From Cyanophyceae cyanobacterium (lineage in GTDB: Bacteria > Cyanobacteriota > Cyanobacteriia > Cyanobacteriales > JBHJGN01): 64,000 nt of DNA. Below, piece by piece: positions 39,300 to 49,213 of the stretch; positions within the stretch are counted from its first letter, which is position 1; each line of letters opens with the position of its first letter. Below the pieces are notes generated by a model, which saw nothing but the letters and a program-made list of their open reading frames with translations, had not been told where the DNA came from and did no database searches. The position numbers and the translations under genes were made by a program. Location: positions 1 through 64,000 of the forward strand of contig JBHJGN010000007.1 in assembly GCA_050331735.1 (NCBI GenBank), given 5' to 3'.

Positions 39300-39699
39300 T
39301 GGGGGCAGAGGGACTTGAACCCTCACGACCTTTTACGGTCAACGGATTTTCATTCTCGTGCAGCTTTCGCTACTGCCGTAAGTAGTGGCTTTGAGAATTG
39401 GACTCTCCCTTTACCCTCAGCGCCTGTTGCCTGTTAGGGTAGCTCCCGTCGAGTCTCTGCACCTTCCAAAGCAGCGATCGGTGACTAGAGATCAGCGTGG
39501 ATTGAGCTCGGAATAGTTGAGCAAGCAAGCACCTGATGACTTACCCAGTGACCAATAACTGGCTGTTGGCTTGGCTCAGGATTGCCGTGTCTGAATCAGA
39601 GTTAGGTTTCCCTGAGTTTGAGAGCGGTCACTCAATCAATTTCTCGATCGAGGCTCAATTTGCTTAAGTCCGTAGCGTCTACCATTCCGCCACGCCCCC
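39300..39699 (-). tRNA. trnL: tRNA-Leu (UAA), intron-containing; exons 39699-39666 and 39350-39300
   Basis: 5' exon GGGGGCGTGGCGGAATGGTAGACGCTACGGACTT; 3' exon AAAATCCGTTGACCG...GGTTCAAGTCCCTCTGCCCCCA; anticodon U^AA. Confidence 0.97.
39351..39665 (-). ncRNA. Group I self-splicing intron (315 nt) in tRNA-Leu(UAA)
   Basis: Conserved cores AAACTCAGGGAAAC, AATCCTGAGC, GTGCAGAGACTCGACGG, AGAGTCC, and the 3' end GAGAATG. Confidence 0.95.
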
Positions 39700-39840
39700 G
39701 CAATACGATTGTACGCATTTATCTATTTGAACATCAACCGGAAGATTGTGCAACTCCAATTTTTAAGCCCCCACCTCCGTTAACAAGTTAGAATAATTAA
39801 GATTTCTAGCTACTGTAGCCTCACTGTTACTGACACCACT

Positions 39841-40071
39841 ATGCTAATTTCAGAAACGACAATTGCTGCTCTTCTCTACTTAGGACTCAGCGGACTTTAT
39901 CTGTTGATTGTTCCCGGTGTCGTCTATTTCTATCTTCAGAAACGATGGTATGTTGCCAGTTCCTTTGAGCGGAGCTTCATGTACTTTTTGGTATTCTTTT
40001 TCTTTCCTGGCCTGTTGTTGCTCGCTCCCTTTCTCAATTTTCGTCCCAAGCGGCGAGAAATTAAAGCCTAG
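39841..40071 (+). CDS. ndhL: NAD(P)H-quinone oxidoreductase (NDH-1) subunit L
   Basis: [35 protein letters not shown] motif. Confidence 0.95.
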   Translation: MLISETTIAALLYLGLSGLYLLIVPGVVYFYLQKRWYVASSFERSFMYFLVFFFFPGLLLLAPFLNFRPKRREIKA

Positions 40072-40118
40072 CGGTGCTTAGAGCAAAATGTTCTCTTGAT
40101 AACGATTACAGTGTTGGC

Positions 40119-40445
40119 ATGCGGCGTATTGATGCAATCGGAATTTCTTTTGGTGTTTTTGTTGCTGGGGGCGCTGCCTACCTACTGCTCAAGTTTGCTG
40201 GCTTAGACGGACTATCGGCAGGAATTTGGGCGCAGTTGTTGCTGGTGCTGGGGTTAATCGGCTGGACTGCTACCTATCTATTTCGCGTGGGCACCAAAAG
40301 CATGACCTACAACCAGCAGCTAGCAGAATACAAAGAAGCTGTGCTTCAAAAACGCTTAGCAGAAATGTCACCAGAAGAACTAGAAAAGCTTCAGGCAGAA
40401 GTTGAGCAGGAAGAAGGGGGAAAGTCAGTAAGCAGTGAGCAGTGA
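40119..40445 (+). CDS. DUF3007 family membrane protein
   Basis: MRRIDAI, SAGIWAQ, YLFRV..MTY..QL..Y; the usual ndhL neighbour. Confidence 0.88.
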   Translation: MRRIDAIGISFGVFVAGGAAYLLLKFAGLDGLSAGIWAQLLLVLGLIGWTATYLFRVGTKSMTYNQQLAEYKEAVLQKRLAEMSPEELEKLQAEVEQEEGGKSVSSEQ

Positions 40446-40529
40446 CCGATTAGACACTAACTTAAGCACGATGGTCCTCTCACGAAGCGCAATTAATGAT
40501 CGCTGGTAACTGATAGAGGCGGAGGAAAA

Positions 40530-40901
40530 ATGAAAAGCTTAGTTCCTTTACTGGCAAGGATATTTCTGTCAGCAATTTTTATTAAGTCTGGGGTTGATAA
40601 GATTATTAGCCCTCAAGGAACTGTGCAAACGATTCAGTCTCAGGGAATTCCTGGAGCGAACGTGCTGGTTATCCTCACCATTATTGTGCTGTTGGTCGGT
40701 GGGGTTCTTGTCTTGTTGGGATGGCAATCTCGGCTGGGGGCTCTCTTGCTCATTGGATTCTTGATTCCAACTACTTTAATTTTTCATACCAACTTTGCTG
40801 AGTCTTCTCAGCAAATTGCGTTTTTGAAAAACCTGGGACTCATCGGCGGTTTACTAATGATCGTGGCGTTTGGTCCAGGAACGGCTAGTGTAGATTGGTA
40901 G
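40530..40901 (+). CDS. DoxX family membrane protein
   Basis: LARIFLSAIFI.SG..K, TTLIFH, FLKNLGLIGGLL; GGAGG RBS. Confidence 0.9.
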   Translation: MKSLVPLLARIFLSAIFIKSGVDKIISPQGTVQTIQSQGIPGANVLVILTIIVLLVGGVLVLLGWQSRLGALLLIGFLIPTTLIFHTNFAESSQQIAFLKNLGLIGGLLMIVAFGPGTASVDW

Positions 40902-41306
40902 GGATCAGCCAAATATTGACGAAGAGCTCATAACACATCGCGAGCGGATGTTAAGTCAATTTATCTAGTGATGTAATGACGCTTTGCTGTCTGGAGTTAG
41001 TTTTGACATTGACCTGAATTCTCATCATTTTGCCAATTCTCAACGCCTATCTATAGGAGGCGAATTTGTTTTAATCAAAGCGCTTGGGAGTAAACACCAG
41101 GGGTGCCTGTAGACGATCTTCCCGATTCCCTCGCCGATCATTGTTACCTATCAATAACGCGCGGAACTTCCCACCTCACTTTCTAGTTCGTATATCTTGG
41201 TGCTATACCAATTCCGCTTAGCAGAGATTACTATTGCCAGTGACAGTCAATTCTACCGCGAACAGCTATTCTTGCTGATTGGGTTATTAACGGGTGAGCA
41301 AACAAC

Positions 41307-44300
41307 ATGCAGCAAGCGCAGAATTCCAGTGATGAGTCGGAGTCAACCGTGAGTCAGCCCTCTGACTCTCACTCTCGACGACGGCTCCTACTATGGTTGG
41401 GAGGTGTATTACTCCTGGGTTTGGGGGGCAGCGCCGGTGCTGGATGGTTTTGGCTCCAGCGACAGCTTGTGCCGCTAGTGACTAAAGAGCTGAGCGCTTT
41501 GCTGAATCGTCCCGTCGAGGTCGGTCAACTGACAAGAGTTTCTTGGCAAGGAGTCCGCTTTGGTCGCAGTGAAATTCCGGCGACAGCAGTCGATCCAGAC
41601 CGGGCAACGGTAGCAGCCGTAGACGTGTCGTTTGCTCCAGTCAAGCTTTTGAGACACCGACAGCTACAGCTTAATATTACCTTGGTCAAGCCAGATCTAT
41701 ACGTCGAGCAAGACCAACAGAAACGCTGGCTTTCTACGCAAATCGATTCCTCCGCCGAACCCGGAGCGATAGAAATTGATCTGCAAACAATTCGCTTTCA
41801 GGATGCAGAGATCGAGTTAGTAGCTCGTTCTGAGGCGGGAAACCTAAAAACGCCAGTAGCCGCTACGGTTCCGTCCGGTCTCACTACTTTTACCGATGAC
41901 GCTCGACGGATTGAATTTGATGTGGAGGGACGATTACCGGAAGGACAGTTTACCGTTGATGGCAGTATGCTCACCGCCACCAACGACATCAGCCTAGTCT
42001 TAAGAGGAAAGCAAATTTCAGCAACAGAGGTAGGTCACTTAATCGAGTTACCCCTCGAGTTATCTGCTGGCACAATTGACCCTAATTTAGAAATTCAGCT
42101 CTCTCCAGGAGAGATGGCTGTACTAACCGGAGTGGCTACGCTAGACAACGTTACCGCTAAGCTCCCTAACCTAGCGCAGCCGTTTGCTAACACCAACGGA
42201 CAGTTGCGCTTTGAGGGGACTGACATTGAGTTAGAAAATGTTCGCGCTCTGTTTGGTTCTGTGCCAATTGTCGCTCATGGTTCTGTCAAGAGCAGCGAAG
42301 AGCTAGAAATTGTGGCGCAAACAGCTTCTGTAGAAATCAATCAGGGCCTCGAAGCTTTACAGTTGCAGTCTCCGGTTCCTCTGCGCGGCGAAGCACAAGC
42401 CACCATTGCCGTCATCGGGACGAGTCAACGCCCCCAGGTGGATGTTAACTTAGTCACTACTAAACCTAGTGAAATTGACCGCGTTCGCTTTCGTCGCATT
42501 ACTGCTGACTTACAATTAGTTGATACCATCCTCTTTGTGCGGGAATTTCAGGCTGAACCGTTAGTGGGAGGACGGTTAACAGGGACAGGAAAAACCGAAC
42601 TTGATTCGGGGGATTACCGCTTTGAGGTGGCTGCTGCTGAGATTCCCAGTCGGATTACTCGCGCTTATGATGTCGATTTAGCGCTTAAGCCTGGTCCGGT
42701 TTCCGGCCAAGCTGAGATTACTGGCAACTTAAATCGCCAGCAGGATATTCAAGCTGTGGGCAGCGCGAACTTTTCTCTAGAAGGAGGGAGAGTCACAGCG
42801 AGTCAAATTGAGGTCGATGCCCAACGCTGGCAGGCTAATCTGCGCGCAGCGGATGTGCCGCTTTCCGGTCTTGCGGCGGTGCCAGCCGAGTGGCAGCAGC
42901 AGCGTTTGAACGGAGTCTTTGCGGTTTCGGGAGCCGTGGATTCCTTCACGCCAGAAACTCTGGTGATGACGGGAGCAGCCAGCATCAACTACGCTGGCGG
43001 CATACTAATGGCAGAAAACCTGCGGCTGGCTGACGGTCGCTGGATGACTCAACTGGAGGCGGAGAATCTACAGCTTCAAGAACTGAACCCGCAAGCTGCG
43101 ACTCCAGGTCTTCTTCGGGGAACTTTTGAGCTGGCAGGGAATGTGGAGGATCTTAGCTTAGGGAGTATTAACGGGAGCGGAACCGGACAGGCGGTTCTAG
43201 CTCCAGGAATTGTTGAGGCGGCAGACATTCAGCTTGAAGACGGTCGGTTTACCGCTGTGGTAGTTCCTGACCTGGCGTTGGGGCAACTTGCGCCCCAGCT
43301 ACGCGGAGACTTAGCTGGACAGCTTTCTGTGGCTGGCAGCCTGAGTAATTTTAGCCCGACGGCTATTCAAGCAGAGGGGGAGCTGACTTTTAGCGAAGGA
43401 ATTTCAGCGGTCGAGCGTCCGTTAACGGCGGCGGTAAGCTGGAACGGTCAGCGACTTAATATTCAACAGGCCACTGCCGCTGGCGTGGAGGCAACAGGCT
43501 ATGCCGATGTTGGTCCTGACTTTCGACCGGGGCAAAATGCCTTGTCTCAGGTTGAGGAGCTATTTCTGGATATAGAAGCTCAGTCTCTGAGGGTGCAATT
43601 GTTACCGATTCCGCTCCCGGAATCGTTGGCCAAGCTTGACTATGCTGGAGGAGTAAACTTTGACGGCACGATCGCTGGCTCACCAATAGCTCCCCGAATT
43701 GAGGGCAAACTGGCTCTGCGAAATTTTGAGGTGGAGACAGTTTCCTTTGAGCCTGTGCTCACGGGAACGGTAGCGGTGGCTCCCCAGACCGGAGTAAACC
43801 TAGAGCTGGCGGGAGAACGCGATCGCATCGACATCACTCTGGCCCCGGACTACTGGCCGCAGGAGTTTGTAGTGCAGTCAGGCTCAGCAACCGTGAGCGG
43901 CTCGCGGCAGGGAGACTGGCTCCTGGCGGAAGCGCAGAACTTTCCCGTTCGTCCGTTGAAAGATTTGGCCCTGGCGCTGGAGGCTCCGATCCCAAAAGCG
44001 TTAGCCTCCCGCGAAGTGTCTGGCACTCTTTTTGGGGAGTTTGCCGTCGATCTAAATACTTGGGCGTTCTCTGGTAGGGAGGTGGCGATCGCTGCTCCGG
44101 TAGTGGGCAGGCTGACGGGCGACAGCTTGAGCGGTAGCTTCACCTACGCTAATGAGCAGGTCGCGCTTACCGACATTCTCTGGCAAGACGGAGAAACCCA
44201 CTATCGGCTCAACGGCAGGATTGACCAAGGGCAGGAGCCGCAACTGCAAGCGTCTGTTAAGGTCGAGCAGGGACAAATTCAGGAAATCCTAGAGACGCTG

Positions 44301-46460
44301 GAGATCTTTGAACTTTCTGACTTTAGCCGGGGGCTACAGCCAGCCGTTTACGGCGATTCTGCCGACCTGTATCGGCAAGCTTCCCCACCAGATCGCGCTC
44401 TCTTCTCAGTGGGCTCGCCGGGAGAAACTATTAATACGCAGCTTCGTCGTTTAGCCGAGATCGAAACGTGGCTCAGCGAGGCCCGCCAGCGACGCGAAGA
44501 AGCTCTGCTCCCAGAACTCCGCACCCTTGAAGGCAGCTTCAGTGGCTCAATCGAGGTGGCTGGTTCGTTGAACGAGCTGGCAGCAGAATTCGATCTGTGG
44601 GGACAGCAGTGGCGCTGGGGCCCCTACAGCGCCAACACCGTTATTGCTCAAGGAAATTTCCAAGATGGCATCCTCACCCTCGTTCCCGTCCGCTTACAAA
44701 CTAACGACAGCTTCCTCAGCTTCTCTGGGAGCTTTGGCGGCGAAACTCAATCGGGGCAGCTACGGCTGGCGAATATTCCGGTTGCTTTAGTGCGAGAATT
44801 TGTAGAGCTGCCGAGCGCGATTGGCTTTGGCGGCAGGCTCAATACCACCGTGGCGATCGCTGGGGATCGAGCCAACCCGCAGGCGCGAGGGGAATTAACG
44901 GTGGAAAACGCCACAATTAATCAAACGGCGATCGAGTCAACCGCAGGCAGCTTTAGCTACAACGATGCCCGCCTCAACTTCTTTGCTAGCAGCGTTCTGG
45001 CTGAAGGGGCTGAACCGTTAACGGTTACTGGCAGCGTTCCCTACCAACTGCCGTTCGCTGCGGTCGAGCCAGATAACAACGAACTCGACCTCAATATCAA
45101 TGTTCGAGATGAGGGACTGGCGTTGTTAGATATTTTGTCCCGGAACCAGGTTTCCTGGGTTGAGGGAGCAGGAGAAGTTAATCTAGAAATTTCCGGGAGC
45201 ATCGATCCCCAGACCAACAGACTCACCGAATTTCGCGGTGACGGCGTTGCTAGCGTGACCGATGCCACGATTGCGGCTCAGGTCGTTGCTGACGCTCCCC
45301 TAACGGAAGTGAACGGCACTATTCTGTTTAACTTTGACCGCCTAGAGATCGAGAGTTTAAAGGGCAAGCTTGGTGGGGGGGAAGTGTTGGTGACGGGAGC
45401 GCTACCCCTGACGCGAGAGTTACCGCAGGCAAACCCGCTCACGGTGACTCTACGAGATACTACCCTCTATTTCAAAGGTCTGTACAAAGGAGACGTGCGC
45501 GGAGAACTCAACATTACTGGCAGTGCTTTAGAGCCAGATGTTTCTGGAGAGGTAGAGTTGTTTGATGGAGAAGTGCTGCTGGGAGAAACGGTTACGACGA
45601 GCATGGGCAATCGTAACGACTGGGCAACCGCTACCGATTTTGACGCTCTCCGTCTGAACCTCGGTGATAATCTGAGGCTCACGCGACAGCCGCTGCTTAA
45701 TTTTCTCGCATCTGGCAGCTTACTCCTGAACGGAACGCCCGAAAATCCTCGTCCTGAAGGAACGATTCGCCTAAGGCACGGTCAAGTTAACCTGTTTGCC
45801 ACTCAGTTTCAACTGGCTGGAGGAGAGGAAAATACGGCGCGATTTTCTCCTGAGCAAGGCTTTGACCCGTATTTAGATCTGCGGCTAGCCACGTCAGTCA
45901 TTGAGACTAACAGCCAACCCCAACGACAAGATCCGGCTTCGGCGGACGTGCGCGAAATTCTGCCTTCTCAGATTGGTGCTTTGCAAACGGTGCGCGTACA
46001 GGCAGAAGTGGAAGGATACGCCAGTCAACTAACCGACAGTATTGAGTTAACCAGCAGTCCGCCACGCACCGAAACGGAAATTGTGTCGCTGTTAGGGGGC
46101 GGATTTGTGAATACTCTTGGTCGAGGAGATACGACTCTGGGACTAGCGAACTTAGCGGGTTCAGCGCTGTTTGGTAGCGTACAGGGAGCGATTGGAGAAG
46201 CGTTGGGGTTGAGCGAGTTTCGGATTTTTACCACTCCACTGATTAACGACGAACAAAGAACCACTGCCCTCGGCGTGGCGGCAGAAGCCAGCATCGATAT
46301 TACTTCCGACCTCTCTTTTTCTGCTCTGAAGATTTTGAATACCGAACAGCCAGCTCAATACGGGATTCGCTATCGCTTAAATGAAAGTACGGTCCTGCGA
46401 GGCTCTACTGACCTTGAGGATGATAATCGGGCTATTGTTGAGTTTGAACAGAGATTTTAA
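41307..46460 (+). CDS. tamB: Translocation and assembly module TamB (DUF490/AsmA-like)
   Basis: 1717 aa, single N-terminal TM, beta-rich repeats, C-terminal DPYLD...LTSSPPRTETEIVSLLGG...EFEQRF. Confidence 0.88.
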   Translation: MQQAQNSSDESESTVSQPSDSHSRRRLLLWLGGVLLLGLGGSAGAGWFWLQRQLVPLVTKELSALLNRPVEVGQLTRVSWQGVRFGRSEIPATAVDPDRATVAAVDVSFAPVKLLRHRQLQLNITLVKPDLYVEQDQQKRWLSTQIDSSAEPGAIEIDLQTIRFQDAEIELVARSEAGNLKTPVAATVPSGLTTFTDDARRIEFDVEGRLPEGQFTVDGSMLTATNDISLVLRGKQISATEVGHLIELPLELSAGTIDPNLEIQLSPGEMAVLTGVATLDNVTAKLPNLAQPFANTNGQLRFEGTDIELENVRALFGSVPIVAHGSVKSSEELEIVAQTASVEINQGLEALQLQSPVPLRGEAQATIAVIGTSQRPQVDVNLVTTKPSEIDRVRFRRITADLQLVDTILFVREFQAEPLVGGRLTGTGKTELDSGDYRFEVAAAEIPSRITRAYDVDLALKPGPVSGQAEITGNLNRQQDIQAVGSANFSLEGGRVTASQIEVDAQRWQANLRAADVPLSGLAAVPAEWQQQRLNGVFAVSGAVDSFTPETLVMTGAASINYAGGILMAENLRLADGRWMTQLEAENLQLQELNPQAATPGLLRGTFELAGNVEDLSLGSINGSGTGQAVLAPGIVEAADIQLEDGRFTAVVVPDLALGQLAPQLRGDLAGQLSVAGSLSNFSPTAIQAEGELTFSEGISAVERPLTAAVSWNGQRLNIQQATAAGVEATGYADVGPDFRPGQNALSQVEELFLDIEAQSLRVQLLPIPLPESLAKLDYAGGVNFDGTIAGSPIAPRIEGKLALRNFEVETVSFEPVLTGTVAVAPQTGVNLELAGERDRIDITLAPDYWPQEFVVQSGSATVSGSRQGDWLLAEAQNFPVRPLKDLALALEAPIPKALASREVSGTLFGEFAVDLNTWAFSGREVAIAAPVVGRLTGDSLSGSFTYANEQVALTDILWQDGETHYRLNGRIDQGQEPQLQASVKVEQGQIQEILETLEIFELSDFSRGLQPAVYGDSADLYRQASPPDRALFSVGSPGETINTQLRRLAEIETWLSEARQRREEALLPELRTLEGSFSGSIEVAGSLNELAAEFDLWGQQWRWGPYSANTVIAQGNFQDGILTLVPVRLQTNDSFLSFSGSFGGETQSGQLRLANIPVALVREFVELPSAIGFGGRLNTTVAIAGDRANPQARGELTVENATINQTAIESTAGSFSYNDARLNFFASSVLAEGAEPLTVTGSVPYQLPFAAVEPDNNELDLNINVRDEGLALLDILSRNQVSWVEGAGEVNLEISGSIDPQTNRLTEFRGDGVASVTDATIAAQVVADAPLTEVNGTILFNFDRLEIESLKGKLGGGEVLVTGALPLTRELPQANPLTVTLRDTTLYFKGLYKGDVRGELNITGSALEPDVSGEVELFDGEVLLGETVTTSMGNRNDWATATDFDALRLNLGDNLRLTRQPLLNFLASGSLLLNGTPENPRPEGTIRLRHGQVNLFATQFQLAGGEENTARFSPEQGFDPYLDLRLATSVIETNSQPQRQDPASADVREILPSQIGALQTVRVQAEVEGYASQLTDSIELTSSPPRTETEIVSLLGGGFVNTLGRGDTTLGLANLAGSALFGSVQGAIGEALGLSEFRIFTTPLINDEQRTTALGVAAEASIDITSDLSFSALKILNTEQPAQYGIRYRLNESTVLRGSTDLEDDNRAIVEFEQRF

Positions 46461-46579
46461 AAGTGATTGGATAGGCCCTTTAGTAGTTGGATGTAAAGAA
46501 ATAGATAATCGTCCAGTCGGAAGTCGAGAGGCAGGTCAGAAATTGGATTTTGTTCTGCTCGGTCCTTTGTTTTAGCTGG

Positions 46580-48553
46580 TCACCAAAAGTAGCCTGGTTC
46601 TACGGTAGTCTGGCGTTTGTTTGAGTCGTACTTTAACAGGTATTCTGCTGCGATCGCCTCTTGCTTCCGCAATTGCTTAACTTCTTTTTCATCAATTTCT
46701 GTATCGGTAGACAGTAAAATCACCTGATGGGATGCAGTCGGGAAGTAGCGTTCGACTAGGTTATTGCGGTGGGAGGAATCCAGCCGTCCTAGGGGCGTAT
46801 CAATGGCGACAGGCAGGTTACGTCCCGATACCCGCGCCAGTCCCCACAGAAAGGCGATCGCCAGTAGCTGCTTTTCTCCGGCGGATAAGCGATGCTTGGG
46901 GACGGGTTGCCCCTGGGGATCGAAGAGAGATAGGGCGAAGCGATCGCTCTCAATCGCAACCCGGTGAACGAGATCGCTCTTATGGAGCAGATAGCGAAAA
47001 CATTCCGTTACCTCTCCTTCTAGCTTATTTAACTTCTTGAGGGTTAAGCGTTCTTTAAATTGCTTGAGGGTTTGCTGCACCTTGGCGGCAGAATGGATGA
47101 TGTGTTCGTTGTTTTGGCGATCGATGGCTTGTTCGCTGTATTTTTCTAGTTCTTTTTTAGTTTGGGCGATCGCTTTTTCAATATCGCTATATTTTCGCGT
47201 CACTGCTTCGTAAGCCGCTTGACAATTAACCAATTTTTGCTGCGCTTTTTGCAGTGCCTCGTCTAGTTTCTGATAGGCTTCCGGCGAGGCTGCTATGGCT
47301 AGCTGCTTTTCGTTGGTTTCACTTTCGGCTTCTAAGTATTTTAATTTGTCAAGCTGTTCCTGAGCCTGTTTAACCTGGAGCAAGAGCTGATTCTCGACTA
47401 ACTCTAGACGTTTGACTGCTTCTGCGTCTACTCCTAGCCAAATTTGTGTGGTGTTTGCTTCCCGATTTAAAGCTTCATTTTCTTGAGTGAGAAAGACTTG
47501 AATTTGTTCAATTTGCGTCGAGGTAAAATCTAATTCATCTAAATAGTTTATCAGGCGATCGTCTCGCTCTTGTAATACAGTTTGAGCCACTTCTGCCTGC
47601 TTTTGTTTGAGTTCCGCTGTTGCTTGTTTTTGCGCCTGAGCGAGTAGCGGAGAGATTAGCTGCAATGGGAGAACGTCCGCTGCTAACTGGCACAATTCTT
47701 GACGTTGATTCTCTGCTGCTTGATTGAGAGTTCTAATTTTTTCTTCTAGCTGGCTGCGTTCTGCGGCAATCTTTCCGCCTTCTAAGCGAAATTTAGAAGC
47801 AGTTTCTCGATGATGAGCTTGAGCGCGTTCTAACTGAGCTTGTAAAGCTGCTAACTCTTCTTTAACGTTTTCTTTTTCTTGGGTAAGGCTTTTTATTTTC
47901 TTCTCAATTTCTTCTAAATTAGCTCGTTGAGAAACATTAGCTAAAGCTTTCCGTTTGCGACTGACTAAAATATCTAAATCAACCGCTAACCTTTCTGCTA
48001 ATTCTAGCCCTAAAAGAGACTGAATTGCCTCCACTACAGATGGAGGGGGTGCTTCTAATTCTGCTAATTCCTTAACCTGTTCGCCGTCAAAAAGAAACAG
48101 GTTAGAAATCCCTAGAGGTAATAGGGTTTCAATATATTCATCCCACGTATTGGCTAAAGCCGTATCGGGCCACTCTTCCTCTAGAATACCTAGAGTATCT
48201 TTACCATCTTTTGGGTTTCTTGTCCAGGTTCGCACAATTTTTAGTTGTACCCACTGGTCATTGCGAATATGTTCAATAGCTAATTCGATGCGAGCTTTAT
48301 CAACCGGAGACGTTTGATTATTGACCGATTGAGTTAGGAAATCGCTGTAGCTTAAGTTATTACGAGTAGAACATTGAGCGCGTTGTCCGTATAAGGCAAG
48401 GCGAACCGCATCCATTAAAGTTGTTTTTCCACCGCCATTCATGCCACCAAAAAGAACAATTGGGCGGCTATCTTCGGTTCCTGAATGTAGTTTTATAACG
48501 TTACGTCCTGCGTAAGGACCAAAGTTTTCTAAGATAAGTTCTTTAAATATCAT
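46580..48553 (-). CDS. dndD: DNA sulfur modification (phosphorothioation) protein DndD
   Basis: ENFGPY, Walker A GMNGGGKTT, LFLFDGE, coiled coil, LSAGEKQ, IDTPLGRLDSSHR, QVILLSTDTEI. Confidence 0.93.
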   Translation of the reverse strand: MIFKELILENFGPYAGRNVIKLHSGTEDSRPIVLFGGMNGGGKTTLMDAVRLALYGQRAQCSTRNNLSYSDFLTQSVNNQTSPVDKARIELAIEHIRNDQWVQLKIVRTWTRNPKDGKDTLGILEEEWPDTALANTWDEYIETLLPLGISNLFLFDGEQVKELAELEAPPPSVVEAIQSLLGLELAERLAVDLDILVSRKRKALANVSQRANLEEIEKKIKSLTQEKENVKEELAALQAQLERAQAHHRETASKFRLEGGKIAAERSQLEEKIRTLNQAAENQRQELCQLAADVLPLQLISPLLAQAQKQATAELKQKQAEVAQTVLQERDDRLINYLDELDFTSTQIEQIQVFLTQENEALNREANTTQIWLGVDAEAVKRLELVENQLLLQVKQAQEQLDKLKYLEAESETNEKQLAIAASPEAYQKLDEALQKAQQKLVNCQAAYEAVTRKYSDIEKAIAQTKKELEKYSEQAIDRQNNEHIIHSAAKVQQTLKQFKERLTLKKLNKLEGEVTECFRYLLHKSDLVHRVAIESDRFALSLFDPQGQPVPKHRLSAGEKQLLAIAFLWGLARVSGRNLPVAIDTPLGRLDSSHRNNLVERYFPTASHQVILLSTDTEIDEKEVKQLRKQEAIAAEYLLKYDSNKRQTTVEPGYFW

Positions 48554-48627
48554 TCATGGATTCATGAGACTGGATGAAAGCTGAGGTGATTATAATACCA
48601 CGAAAATACTTGGTGACGGATTAACAG

Positions 48628-49170
48628 GGCGAATAGAATTCGCGGCTATACAAACAAAGTCCGCCTTCGCGGACTAGGAATTGTGCTCAATTAACAGGCG
48701 AAGATTATTTAGGCTGTAGTTCCCAAGAAGAAATAAGCAATTTCTGTCGATGGTGAAGTTTTTGGTTTCTGATATAATCGGCTACTTTGTCGATTCCTTC
48801 ATGATTAACGGTAAAAGCCGCATAGCTACCCTGCCATTTGAAGAATTGCGCTAGTTTAACTTCATGGTTAATGAGATGGGAAGAACTACCTTTTACCTGT
48901 TTAATTAATGCAGAAATAGGTAAAGTCGACGGAAATCCTACTAGCAGATGTACGTGATCTTCAATGCCACCTACAGCAATGACTGTATACTGTAGCTGTT
49001 CACACTGCCTGACTCTGCATAAACAATTCTCTGGATGTCAGGAGTGATAATCGGCAATCTATCCCAGCTTGCCCAAACACAGTGCCAGTACAGCTGGGTA
49101 AAGTGCGATCGCATTTCTTTTTAACCCGCGTAGGCGGGTTTCGCTTGTGTAGCCGCGAATTCTATTAGCC
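48628..49170. mobile_element. REP-flanked Y1 (IS200/RAYT-like) transposase unit between dndC and dndD
   Basis: 48-bp inverted REP-like arms at 48628-48675 and 49123-49170 (39/48 identical), each with a GC hairpin, enclosing a tnpA. Confidence 0.8.
48705..49114 (-). pseudogene. tnpA: Frameshifted IS200/RAYT-type HUH Y1 transposase
   Basis: MRSHFTQLYWHCVWASWDRLP..., frameshift near 49010-49016, then ...GGIEDHVHLLV...KGSSSH...FKWQGSY...DYIRNQ...; span 410 nt. Confidence 0.85.
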
Positions 49171-49213
49171 TTACACTAGGGTTCCCTTTTAGAGATAGAA
49201 TGCGTCTAAGCGA

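Noticed and set aside
40902..41306. Riboswitch or sRNA upstream of tamB
   Set aside because: Only weak pairing was seen and no recognisable conserved RNA motif; an Rfam/Infernal search would be needed.
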